A DNA stretch of 64,000 nucleotides from Eledone cirrhosa. Taxonomy: Eukaryota. How positions within the stretch are numbered: position 1 is the first letter of the stretch; each line of letters begins with the position of its first letter. Under the pieces are notes generated by a model. That model made no database searches, was not told the DNA's origin, and worked only from the letters and a program-made list of their open reading frames with translations. The stretch is from contig OZ024741.1 of assembly GCA_964016885.1 (NCBI GenBank), positions 232,748,001 through 232,812,000 on the forward strand, read 5' to 3'. This document shows positions 15,215 to 27,984 of the stretch, one piece after another. The position numbers and the translations under genes are program-made.

Positions 15215-15309
<95 letters not shown>

Positions 15310-15339
15310 GTGTGTGTGTGCATGTATATAAATATATGC

Positions 15340-15508
15340 CGTAAGGTTGTTATGATACGTCCATAGGCGGTATGCCGGTTGAGCACTCTATGCTCCTAGA
15401 GAATTTGCTTCGCAATCACTAGACGTACCTGACGAACTTGCGATTCCAGGGTCAGGTTCGATCCAGTTATAATCAGGAGCTGATTATACAGAGCGATTGC
15501 CGGTCCAG

Positions 15509-15512
<4 letters not shown>
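15340..15512 (+). repeat. Fragment inverse to 14540-14720; continues at 18856
   Basis: ...CTAGAGAATTTGCTTCGCAATCACTAGACGTA...GATTATACAGAGCGATTGCCGGTCCAGCAAA is the reverse complement of 14543-14700. Confidence 0.75.
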
Positions 15513-15550
<38 letters not shown>

Positions 15551-15555
<5 letters not shown>

Positions 15556-16438
15556 TGAAACAAAATGAAAACGAAATTTCATTTCTCACTCTTAGTATGG
15601 CACTTACTTAAATGTAAGTATGCATGTATACGTACATACATATATGTATACAGACGTACAGTAGCATGCACATATATATATATATATATACATATATACA
15701 TACATATGCATACAGGTACACATACATATATGCACGTATCAGTTTAGCGGCGCTAACGTCGCTTTGTTCGTTTGTAAACAAACTGAACAGCCTGAATTTA
15801 TGCCATACGGTGTTAAGGCAACCACGTCACCTTTTTGTTCAACACTGACACAGGAACGATGTACTAGTTTCAAGCTTGTTAGCTATCATCAGCACCGTTT
15901 ACCCATCTGCCAGATAGTTGAACGTTCGAAAGTATATACTTTCCTTATGAAAATTAACGGCTGAGCAGCCTAATTTGCATATTGAGTGAGTTAAATCGGT
16001 CAGGCATACCGAAAACGATAAATTGAAACAAAATGAAAACGAAATTTCATTTCTCACTCTTAGTATGGCACTTACTTAAATGTAAGTATGCATGTATACG
16101 TACATACATATATGTATACAGACGTACAGTAGCATGCACATATATATATATATATATACATATATACATACATATGCATACAGGTACACATACATATATG
16201 CACGTATCAGTTTAGCGGCGCTAACGTCGCTTTGTTCGTTTGTAAACAAACTGAACAGCCTGAATTTATGCCATACGGTGTTAAGGCAACCACGTCACCT
16301 TTTTGTTCAACACTGACACAGGAACGATGTACTAGTTTCAAGCTTGTTAGCTATCATCAGCACCGTTTACCCATCTGCCAGATAGTTGAACGTTCGAAAG
16401 TATATACTTTCCTTATGAAAATTAACGGCTGAGCAGCC
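15551..16438 (-). repeat. 468-bp HHR tandem repeat, left arm (about 1.9 units; HHRs at 15855-15899 and 16323-16367)
   Basis: Exact period of 468 (e.g. identical ORFs at 15565 and 16033); reverse complement of the right arm. Confidence 0.95.
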
Positions 16439-16517
16439 GTTAATTAGGCTGCTCAGCCGTTAATTTTCATAAGGAAAGTATATACTTTCGAACGTTCAAC
16501 TATCTGGCAGATGGGTA

Positions 16518-16562
16518 AACGGTGCTGATGATAGCTAACAAGCTTGAAACTAGTACATCGTT
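16518..16562 (+). ncRNA. Type I hammerhead ribozyme of the 468-bp unit (also 16986-17030, 17454-17498, 17922-17966, 18390-18434)
   Basis: AACGGTG-CTGATGA-T-AGCT-AACA-AGCT-T-GAAA-CTAG-TA-CATCGTT; 7-bp stem I, intact core, palindromic ACTAGT stem III; predicted cleavage after GUA at 16555. Confidence 0.88.
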
Positions 16563-16904
16563 CCTGTGTCAGTGTTGAACAAAAAGGTGACGTGGTTGCC
16601 TTAACACCGTATGGCATAAATTCAGGCTGTTCAGTTTGTTTACAAACGAACAAAGCGACGTTAGCGCCGCTAAACTGATACGTGCATATATGTATGTGTA
16701 CCTGTATGCATATGTATGTATATATGTATATATATATATATATATGTGCATGCTACTGTACGTCTGTATACATATATGTATGTACGTATACATGCATACT
16801 TACATTTAAGTAAGTGCCATACTAAGAGTGAGAAATGAAATTTCGTTTTCATTTTGTTTCAATTTATCGTTTTCGGTATGCCTGACCGATTTAACTCACT
16901 CAAT

Positions 16905-16912
16905 ATGCAAAT
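16905..16912 (+). promoter_or_regulatory. Octamer motif ATGCAAAT in each 468-bp unit (snRNA-type distal element candidate)
   Basis: Perfect octamer; a TGACGT at 17056 and a PSE-like CACCGTATGGCATAAATT at 17073-17090 lie downstream; function is inferred. Confidence 0.5.
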
Positions 16913-18672
16913 TAGGCTGCTCAGCCGTTAATTTTCATAAGGAAAGTATATACTTTCGAACGTTCAACTATCTGGCAGATGGGTAAACGGTGCTGATGAT
17001 AGCTAACAAGCTTGAAACTAGTACATCGTTCCTGTGTCAGTGTTGAACAAAAAGGTGACGTGGTTGCCTTAACACCGTATGGCATAAATTCAGGCTGTTC
17101 AGTTTGTTTACAAACGAACAAAGCGACGTTAGCGCCGCTAAACTGATACGTGCATATATGTATGTGTACCTGTATGCATATGTATGTATATATGTATATA
17201 TATATATATATATGTGCATGCTACTGTACGTCTGTATACATATATGTATGTACGTATACATGCATACTTACATTTAAGTAAGTGCCATACTAAGAGTGAG
17301 AAATGAAATTTCGTTTTCATTTTGTTTCAATTTATCGTTTTCGGTATGCCTGACCGATTTAACTCACTCAATATGCAAATTAGGCTGCTCAGCCGTTAAT
17401 TTTCATAAGGAAAGTATATACTTTCGAACGTTCAACTATCTGGCAGATGGGTAAACGGTGCTGATGATAGCTAACAAGCTTGAAACTAGTACATCGTTCC
17501 TGTGTCAGTGTTGAACAAAAAGGTGACGTGGTTGCCTTAACACCGTATGGCATAAATTCAGGCTGTTCAGTTTGTTTACAAACGAACAAAGCGACGTTAG
17601 CGCCGCTAAACTGATACGTGCATATATGTATGTGTACCTGTATGCATATGTATGTATATATGTATATATATATATATATATGTGCATGCTACTGTACGTC
17701 TGTATACATATATGTATGTACGTATACATGCATACTTACATTTAAGTAAGTGCCATACTAAGAGTGAGAAATGAAATTTCGTTTTCATTTTGTTTCAATT
17801 TATCGTTTTCGGTATGCCTGACCGATTTAACTCACTCAATATGCAAATTAGGCTGCTCAGCCGTTAATTTTCATAAGGAAAGTATATACTTTCGAACGTT
17901 CAACTATCTGGCAGATGGGTAAACGGTGCTGATGATAGCTAACAAGCTTGAAACTAGTACATCGTTCCTGTGTCAGTGTTGAACAAAAAGGTGACGTGGT
18001 TGCCTTAACACCGTATGGCATAAATTCAGGCTGTTCAGTTTGTTTACAAACGAACAAAGCGACGTTAGCGCCGCTAAACTGATACGTGCATATATGTATG
18101 TGTACCTGTATGCATATGTATGTATATATGTATATATATATATATATATGTGCATGCTACTGTACGTCTGTATACATATATGTATGTACGTATACATGCA
18201 TACTTACATTTAAGTAAGTGCCATACTAAGAGTGAGAAATGAAATTTCGTTTTCATTTTGTTTCAATTTATCGTTTTCGGTATGCCTGACCGATTTAACT
18301 CACTCAATATGCAAATTAGGCTGCTCAGCCGTTAATTTTCATAAGGAAAGTATATACTTTCGAACGTTCAACTATCTGGCAGATGGGTAAACGGTGCTGA
18401 TGATAGCTAACAAGCTTGAAACTAGTACATCGTTCCTGTGTCAGTGTTGAACAAAAAGGTGACGTGGTTGCCTTAACACCGTATGGCATAAATTCAGGCT
18501 GTTCAGTTTGTTTACAAACGAAAAAAGCGACGTTAGCGCCGCTAAACTGATACGTGCATATATGTATGTGTACCTGTATGCATATGTATGTATATATGTA
18601 TATATATATATATATATGTGCATGCTACTGTACGTCTGTATACATATATGTATGTACGTATACATGCATACT

Positions 18673-18745
<73 letters not shown>

Positions 18746-18747
18746 GT

Positions 18748-19220
<473 letters not shown>

Positions 19221-19224
19221 TTTC

Positions 19225-19259
<35 letters not shown>

Positions 19260-19360
19260 TATAATGAAATATCTATGATCGTCGGCAAATCACTGATGAG
19301 GGACTTATTTTATTACATGTTATCCATGTGCAACCTGCAGTATTCTTCTCCCCATTTTTT

Positions 19361-19482
<122 letters not shown>

Positions 19483-20404
19483 TATGTATGTGTGCGTGTA
19501 TACAGAACATAGTGAACGGTAAGAGCAAGATGATTGACTGGGAGTGGAGTTGGGAAGTGATGGGGTGTTTAAGGAGTGTTTTAGAAAGAGGTGGTAAAAG
19601 TACCCTTTGCTGATTCTATTTCAATAATAGACGACCTTCGGTGAATAAAATATATAAGCCGATTTTTTTAATTATTATTTTCTCATAACTGAATCAACTA
19701 TCTTAAGATTATAATGAATAACCTCAACAATTTTCTATATGTGTTTGTATGTATATGATTGCGTGTATGTGAGTGTGTTGCCGTTTTGAATTCCTTTCTG
19801 CGATTAAACGTATAATGCGATTGATAATTTTGATGGCAAGAAGAGAAGCAATTATTAAGAAATTAAGAGGAGAGGGGTTGATTGATAAAATGACAAGTCA
19901 GTCAATCATATTGATGACCTCCCCACAGCCCCGGCGGACAGAGGTGAATTTTGTGTGTGTCTGGGGTGGGGCTTAATGAGATGTAAGTTGCATGACTTTT
20001 GATAAAAATAGGATGACAGCAAAGAGAAAAATAAGGTTAGTTTTAGAATATTTGTTGATAGAAATGTATGTTGTTGACATTGGTTTGGGAGAGGAGGTTA
20101 GAGGATTTAAGCCTACAAGACTCATAAACTTGTCTCTCTTTTCCTCTCTTTACGTTGCATTACTACCATGTTGTTTGTTTACTTTCCTCTGTCCCGATAA
20201 CTTAAGTTAGTTATCGCTCGCACTGATTTTAGGTATCTAGTCTTTAATGCGAAGAAATACCAATGATAACCAGCAGACTACTGATGATGGACATTCCTGT
20301 TTCTCGGTCTATTATCATTCATATATATATATATATATAGTGGTGGAACACTGGAAGGTAATATCCGTAGTGGTAGAGCACTGAGTCCTAGGGACGAGTT
20401 AGGT

Positions 20405-20579
20405 AGAAGTGGTTACACAACAGTTAGTTCACCATACCGAGAACAATTGTTTCACTTCAGCGGATCTTCAGCTCGGGATGTGCATGGTTATAAGAACCAT
20501 GCACATCCCGAGCTGAAGATCCGCTAAGGTGAAACAATTGTTCTCGGTATGGTGAACTAACTGTTGTGTAACTACTTCT
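20405..20579. repeat. Near-perfect palindrome containing two divergent HHRs (20437-20476 minus, 20508-20547 plus)
   Basis: CCGAG-CTGAAGA-TCC-GCTAA-GGT-GAAA-CAATTG-TT-CTCGG; the same sequence ends the PLE remnant at 42905-42990. Confidence 0.85.
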
Positions 20580-21067
20580 CGCTCTCTCTCTATATATATA
20601 CGAATGTCCTTCTTTTCAATGGATATCCGCAAGGTTTATCCATTTATTTTGTGACTTAAAACCGTACGGTAAGGGTTATTACAGCAGGTACAGTGAACTT
20701 TTTAAAACTTTTTCTTATTTGCTAAACCTTGATTATATATGTTCTGGCTCGTTAATTTATTAACCTGCCATAGAACCACATTGGCATACGGTTAGATAAT
20801 ACATGTGTCCCTATATGCATTTTGCATGTAGGGAAACATACTTTATTATTATTAATAATCTCCCCTGGTCGAGATAACATTTTGGTCGTTTTAACTGCTG
20901 CTATTTCTAGTGGCACTACATTGACCTTTCCGCCCCTGCCTTCTATCTTTACACACGGCACTAGACAGAATTGTTTCTTCATCATACACTCTCATCTCGG
21001 GAACAGTTTTGTATGGCGCCAGTTCGTGATTTGAACTCGGGAATTTTATATTCTCCGAGCGAAAAGA

Positions 21068-21151
21068 ACCCTCTGACGAAAGTCTTTCTTTTCAATGGAT
21101 TTCGCAAGGATTATCCATTTATTTTGAGACTTGAAACCGTACGATAAGGGT
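21068..21151 (+). ncRNA. HHR with extended stem II
   Basis: ACCCT-CTGACGA-AAGTCT...AATGGAT/ATCCATT...AGACTT-GAAA-CCGTACGA-TA-AGGGT. Confidence 0.75.
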
Positions 21152-21778
21152 AATTACAGCAGGTACAGTGAACTTTTTAAAATTTATTTTAAAACTTTTT
21201 CTTATTTGCTAAACCTTGATTATATATATTTATGAGACACAAATGCGACTAAGAAAGAAGTTTGTTGTTTGAAGGCCCGTCAATGCATGCCAGATAAAAA
21301 TACCAAGGTAATAAAAAATGGGAAGGATAAAAAGAAAAGAGTGAAGTCGATAAAAAAAACTTACCTGACTAATTTCTAAGGATCAGAAATATTTTCAGAT
21401 TTTCCATCCTTTATGGGTCCGTAGGGGGAACATCAGAGAGAAACCTGATAAAATCGTGTGTGGTTCGATTTACTTTCTATTAAAAAAAACGTTAAGTTTA
21501 ATCTTGTTTCCGCATGTATGTCAGGAGTTTATGTGTGAGTATGTGTATGATATATGCGAGCGTCTGTGCATGGGGTTATGTGTGTATGTGTAATGAAGAA
21601 AAGATTTTTAGGGGATAACGTTGTGTGAGTGTAGTTGGTCCGCAACATGTTTTGTCTTCTAGCTAGCCACTCACAGCCAGTAATTTCCAAACACGCAGTC
21701 GGGCTTACAATTAACCAAAGTTTTTTTCTTAATCGTATTTGTATCTCATATTCCACAATAATTGAAGCAAACTACGGC

Positions 21779-21829
<51 letters not shown>

Positions 21830-21833
<4 letters not shown>

Positions 21834-22934
21834 CTTTGAATAACTTTGAAATGTTTTGGCCAGAATTGGCCCAGGCCATGTCTAACTTAATAGCACCACC
21901 TGGCGAAGTCTTTCAATTCAGGATTTGGGCACCATGGCCCATTCGAGAAGAGAATTACTGTTTGCGGAGACATATCCGGGTGTGGGTGGTTTGTCCGGGA
22001 TTACTTGGAGGAATTGGTCCAAAGACTTCTTGAATTTTGTGTGGTCAGTTTCTGTTTTGACGTGTCCTGGTGTGATGTTGAAGAGAGCAGGGCCGATTGA
22101 GGTGAAATAATTGTGCCGTATTGTTGTTATGAGTTGCGATTTAGATTTTTGAATGGGACGGATAGCACGGGGCCCAAGCCTTGGGTGTATCTTGAAGGCG
22201 ATGCCAACATCATTTGGGCAGTGATGATGGAACATTTTCCACATCATGCAGATAATATAACGCTCACGGCGACGTTGGAGTGAGTAAAGTTTCAGGTTTT
22301 CTAATCGACCCCAGTAGTCAAGGTCTGACATGCCATCTATCTTTTTCGTGATTGCCCTTTGAGGAGCTTCAAGTTTCATGATACTTTGTTTCGTGTGGGG
22401 AGACCACAGTGGACAACAGTATTCAAGGTGTGGTCGGGCAAAAGTAGAGAAGAGAAGGATAATGGTGCGGGAATCTCTCGACTGGAAGGTTCTGAGGATC
22501 CAGGAACACATTCTGCGGGCCATGTCAACTTTGCTGCTTATATGCGTGGTCCAGCTTATGTTGCTGTCCACGGTTACTCCCAAGTCTCTGATGTTGTTAG
22601 ATGCCACGAGAGTTTCCCCGGAGGGAAGGGAGTACGGGAGTTTCAGAGCATCCTCTTTTCCAAAGTGGATCAGTTCGAATTTGTCTTCGTTCAGTAACAT
22701 GTTGTTCTTTTCTGCCCATTGGGTAACAGCCAGTAGGTCTGACTGAAGGCTTATCCGGTCATCCACGCCATTGATGACCTTTTGAAGCTTGGAATCATCA
22801 GCGAAAATTTTAATGTTGCTGTGTTTGATGATGTCAGTGATGTCATTAATATAGATGATGAAGAGAAGTGGGCCCAACACAGTGCCTTGTGGGACCCCAC
22901 TACTGACTTTGGCTGGGCTTGATTTGACTCCCTC

Positions 22935-22938
<4 letters not shown>
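21830..22938 (-). mobile_element. 5'-truncated CR1/L2-group LINE with uninterrupted RT C-terminal ORF (21918-22938)
   Basis: SGVPQGTVLGPLLFIIYIND, IFADDSK, DLGVTVDS, RPHLEYCCPLWSP, LYSLQRRRER; short 3' UTR ending in (TTCAAAGTTA)2; (TA)n on both sides. Confidence 0.9.
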
Positions 22939-23014
<76 letters not shown>

Positions 23015-23018
<4 letters not shown>

Positions 23019-23370
23019 AGCCAACTTGTGCAGCTTCATATGCAAATGAGATTAATCACCTCATTTACACAGACAAAAAAACTATATATTCTCGATCGAC
23101 TGTTTTCAAGTCCAGCTGTTGCAAGCGGTGGGAGGGACCGTCCTGAAGAAGGCCAGTCAAGCCTGAAATGCATAGACGGTTGTCCCCCTTGCTTCTGTTG
23201 GACACCATCAGAGGGCTTTAGTCCCGGTGTTTGCATAGCTACAGCTTCCTAAAACCGTGTGTCTTTAGAAATACGAAATTTTTATACATATTTGTATAAC
23301 GCTATGCTTGAAGCGAAATCCTATTTTTATTCTATTATAAGTTGAGCCAACTTATGCAGCTTCATATGTA
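23015..23370 (+). repeat. 326-bp unit plus terminal redundancy, with octamer (23040-23047) and intact HHR (23137-23180)
   Basis: GTTGAGCCAACTT.TGCAGCTTCATATG occurs at 23015 and 23341; HHR ACCGTC-CTGAAGA-AGGC-CAGTCAA-GCCT-GAAA-TGCA-TA-GACGGT. Confidence 0.8.
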
Positions 23371-23472
<102 letters not shown>

Positions 23473-23735
23473 CCAGTGCTTTGAGAAAACAACACCAAAC
23501 GTCAGCACTGAGCAAAAAACGAAATAACAGAAGTAAATTTTATTCCATCTATCTCGAACTTGAACGGGAAGAAAAAACATATTTATGGAATAATATTTCC
23601 TCCATTATTTCTGTCCCTTCATTTGCCTTGTCCCGAGGTATGGTGTTGTTTTCTCAAAGAACTGGTGGCTTATGATTTAGAATGAAAGAATTCAAGCATC
23701 AGTAAAATTTACCTTCCTCTCATTGGTCAGATACT

Positions 23736-23797
<62 letters not shown>

Positions 23798-23819
23798 TCC
23801 AAAATTAAGATATATATAT

Positions 23820-24212
23820 ACGGCTCCTTAATTGTAGAGCTATTTCTGTTGAAAAGAATTTGACTGCTATTTCTAGTTGTCGAATACCTTTTCACGCCAC
23901 TGAAACGAAACCGCTATCTTGTGTGGACGCAACACGTGGTGACGGCTAGTTGAAGATTTGATCTCGCTCTGTAAGCACGAATAGCTGGAAATTATTACTT
24001 TCCTTGTTGACAATCCAATGATATCCACTTTCCGTGACTTACCATCTGATTAATTGGTGAAATATATTTCTTTAATGGGATATATAGAAGGAAAGGTTAT
24101 TCACTCTTAAAGGTAAATATTTCCTATACTAGCTATGCGTGGTTACACGCGAGCAAAAATTATCTCCTGTGATTATTCATGTATATTTATATGTTAATCA
24201 ATCTATAGTTAT
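23820..24212 (+). repeat. Dispersed repeat, homologous to 56402-56830
   Basis: Shared ACGGCTCCTTAAT.GTAGAGC...CTGCTATTT.TAG...GCAACACGTG...GGTGAAATATATTTC. Confidence 0.7.
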
Positions 24213-24222
24213 TATATATATA

Positions 24223-24305
<83 letters not shown>

Positions 24306-24306
24306 A

Positions 24307-24349
<43 letters not shown>

Positions 24350-24352
24350 GTG

Positions 24353-24383
<31 letters not shown>

Positions 24384-24458
24384 GTATATATATATGTATA
24401 TATATATATATGTATATGTATATATATATATATGTATATTTATATATATATGTATATA

Positions 24459-24540
<82 letters not shown>

Positions 24541-24657
24541 AGTGTAAAAGGGTAACACACGAGTTGATATATATAAAAACAAATAGTAGAAAGGAAAAAG
24601 ATTTTTGCAGTAGAAAATGAAAAGAATACTTTTAGTGAAATTTCAAACCATTAATTT

Positions 24658-24836
24658 TTGGCTGTATCGGTAGAGGGTCGGACGCCATGCTTTGACGCAT
24701 AGAGTTACGGCCCTTGCCATTCTGAGTTAAAATCCCGCTGAGGTTAACTTTGCCTTTCATCCTTACGGGGTCGATAAAATAAAGTACCAGTAATACACTG
24801 GGCATTGCTGGCCTTGTGCCAAAAGTAGAAACAATT
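24658..24836 (+). mobile_element. tRNA-derived SINE, full length
   Basis: A-box TGGCTGTATCGG, B-box-like GAGTTAAAATCCC, family core and tail. Confidence 0.9.
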
Positions 24837-27800
24837 AATTTATTTACAATGACGGTTTCAGCATTAAATGCATTGTCAATTGCGGATATGCAGAATATTG
24901 TTAAGTTGCATATTTGTACAAATAGAGAAAATAATAATAATAACAAAAAAATATATAGAGAGAGAAGGGAAGAAAGGTTAATTTTCACTTACGAGATCCT
25001 TCAGAGAAGAAAGTAAATTTGTCTGTCCATCCTTCTCTGCTAATGACTTTGTTGTGACTGCAGAGGGTAGAAGCAGGAGTGGAGAGGAGGAGTAGTAGTA
25101 GGAGGAGGAGCCAGGGATGGTTGTTGTGCTGCAGACTGCTATGTGTGACCCTTTGAATAATGGATACAAGGTTTGGCTGGGATTGGGTTGAAAGCCTGGG
25201 TGACCTTACAGTTGACCGGGAGAGGGCTGCTTCTAAAAATATCTATCTTGGTATTTTTCTTAGAAGAAATCGTCAACATTGACTTTGTTTTTTTGACACA
25301 AAGAAGATTTAGAGTAATTTAAATATTAATTCCATCCCTAGCAGGAATTTTAGATTTAGCGGGATGGAGAAAATTTTGCTACAAAGAGGGGTTCAGAGCC
25401 ACTGGAATACCCATTCTGTCGTCAGAAAAAGCTTCCAGATTTAGGGGAATGTAAAGCATTTAGTTTGACACCTGTATGTTTCCATTCATCCGATTATCTT
25501 CGTGGCGGTCCTCCGGGACTTGCTGATGTGAGTGTTACTATGTGGTTGCTTGGTCTGCATTATATAGTTGTCAGAGGTTGCTGGAATCTTGGAGAAGGAT
25601 ACATTGCTAAAGGGTTAATTTGTCTAGGATGTTGATTTTAAAATGTGCCAGCTTTGGTTTAGTCCGAAGTGGAAGCATTTATTTGGCGGCAAATTGTGAT
25701 TCCTTGCTAATGCGTTGGATGTAGGAAGCGGTCTTTGAATTTGTAGATGGGAAAAATTATAAAATTGGGTTGTTCATTAGATGCGCAGGTCGCGATGTGT
25801 TCACGTAGTGCTATCTTTCTGTATTCCGTATTTTGATTTTGGATCTGTGGACGGTCATACATTGTCGGAGGTTGTTTTTGGTCTGTCCTATGTAGTGCTC
25901 TCGATAACCTGAGCAGGTCGACACACAGATCAGGTTTTCTGAGGCACATGTGAAATTGCACTTAACTGTAAAGTTTTGTCGTTCTTTGAAGTGGAACACC
26001 GATCCCTCTATTAGGTTGATACATATACCACAGTTGGATCTTCCGCATTTGTTTTACTGTAGGTTTCATTGTGGAGTCGGCTGGACTTTGGCCTGTGTAA
26101 GGATGTTTTTATTGATTTAGGTTGTCTTTTGCTCTTTATGATATTGTGCGTTTGGAGAATTTGGTTCATTCTTAGGTCTCTTTTTAATAAAAGTATGTTC
26201 TGGAAGATGGTTTCGAATGTCTCATTGTTAAGGGGGTTGTGTGTGGAGATGTATGGTAGAGTTTACAGTTTTGATTCATTCCTTGGTTTGGGGTTTCTAA
26301 GTTCATGGATGCTGAGTTTTAAGGCACGTTGGAATCCATTGTTGATTAGGGATGGTGGGTAATTCCTGCTAATAAGTGTGTTCTTTAATTCTTCTAGTCG
26401 TATGTAGCATGTATATTTATCAGATACTATTGTGCACGTCTTTTTGGCTAGGTTGTAGCGGATGCTCATTTTGGTGTGTCTAGGGTGGCATGAGTTGAAT
26501 GGAAGATACTGTTTGGAGTATGTGGATTTATAGTATATGTCTGTTTATATTTTGTTGTTGGTTTTCTTGATAAGGATGTCAAGGAAAGGAAGTTGTTCGT
26601 GGCTGTATTCCATTGTAAATTGAATGTTTGTGTTGAGTCCATTTAAAAGTGTTTTAAATTCGAAAAGTCTTTCTATACTTTCATGCCAGAGGATGAAGCA
26701 ATCATCCAGATGTCTCTTCCAATTTTTTCTATGTGGAACAAGAAGGAGTTTCCGTATTTATCTAGTACTTTTCGGTAGAGGGTGCTTTCCATGTATCCCA
26801 TAACGAGGTTGGAGTAAGAGGGGGCCGTTTTCGTGCCCATAGAGAGTCCCAGATTTCTGTCTGTAGAACCTGGCATCGAATCCGAAGTAGTTATTCTCCA
26901 AGATAAATTAGAGCCCTTCTATTACGATTTCTTTTATGGTGCGGTGTGGTACTTCAATGGGGTAATTTTCTAATCAGAATTGGATTGCATCCATACCTAG
27001 GTTGTGTGATATTGGAATAAAGGTTTACTATATCAGAATACACTAGTAGGGTATGTTCATTATTAAGGGTTTTGGGGAGGTGGTTGAGCATATCGAGGTC
27101 ATCCCTTATGTAGCTTTTAATGTGTTTCAGGAATGGCTTTAACATAATATCTAGGAAGTTGCTGAGGCGGTGGGTTTCACAAGCGGAACCTGTTGTGATA
27201 GGTCTTAATTTGAGGTCATGGGTGAGGGGACATTTATGAATATGTCTGTAGCTTCTCTGCATGCCTTACTTATTTTTTCGCTTTTGTGTATCTTGGGGAT
27301 ACCGTAGAAAAGGTTGGGTGCTCTTTTGAAGTCAGTGATATACTTGTATTCTTTGTAAGTAAGTTCTTCTCTGTACAGGGTTGTTCGAGTTTTTAGGTTT
27401 CTCATTATTTTATGTTGGCTGTAGAGTTGAGCATTTTCGTAGTATGTTTCGTCTTCTAAAGATGAGAGTACTAGGGTTATATAATATTTTGTCTAAGGTC
27501 ACCCAGCCTTTCAAACCAATCCCAGCCAAACCTTGTATCCACTATTCAAAGGGTCCCACATAGCAGTCTGCAGCACAACAACCTTCCCCTGCCAGCTCCT
27601 CCTCTTTCTTTTCCTCTCCCGTCCTGCTTCTACCCTCTGCAGTCACAACAAAGCCATTAGCAGAGAAGGATGGACAGACAAATTTACTTTCTTCTCGTGA
27701 AGGATCCCGTATGTAAAAATTAACTTTTGCACCCCTCTCTCTCTATATATATATATATTTTTTTTTTTTCGTTATCATCATTATTTTCACTATTTGTTCA

Positions 27801-27875
27801 AATATGCAACTTAACAATATTTTGCATAACCGCAATTGACAACGCATTTAATGCTGAAACCGATATTGTAAATAA
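24836..27875 (-). mobile_element. Penelope-like element (Neptune-like) with an inverted pseudo-LTR (24836-25215 / 27495-27875); frameshifted
   Basis: FYGIPKIHK, LRPI, DIVNLYSNI, MGTKTAPSYSNLVMG, RYLDD, FLDILI; GIY-YIG NLICVSTCSGYREHYIGQT; the two roughly 380-bp ends are reverse complements with a decayed HHR near the outer ends. Confidence 0.88.
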
Positions 27876-27984
27876 ATGAGGATAATACTAAATGATCATT
27901 GAAATAATAATCATTTGTATCATAATCGCTTGACATCTACAGTCGCAGACTCAGTCTGTATATATATGTTTACCCTCAAACAGT

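Larger units (their letters stand above)
16442..18676 (+). repeat. 468-bp HHR tandem repeat, right arm (about 4.8 units), candidate retrozyme
   Basis: Period 468; the only difference I saw is C>A at about 18523; ends in (TA)n. Confidence 0.95.

Noticed and set aside
15565-18256. Repeated 60-74 aa ORFs in the 468-bp unit
   Set aside because: Short, overlapping and partly microsatellite-like, with no domain signature; they recur only because the DNA repeats
15551-18676. CRISPR array or snRNA gene cluster
   Set aside because: No variable spacers and a eukaryotic context; I recognised no U1/U2/U4/U5/U6 or 5S sequence
21365-21444. Minus-strand exon with a CAG|GTAAGT donor
   Set aside because: All three frames contain stops; a non-coding exon cannot be supported from sequence alone
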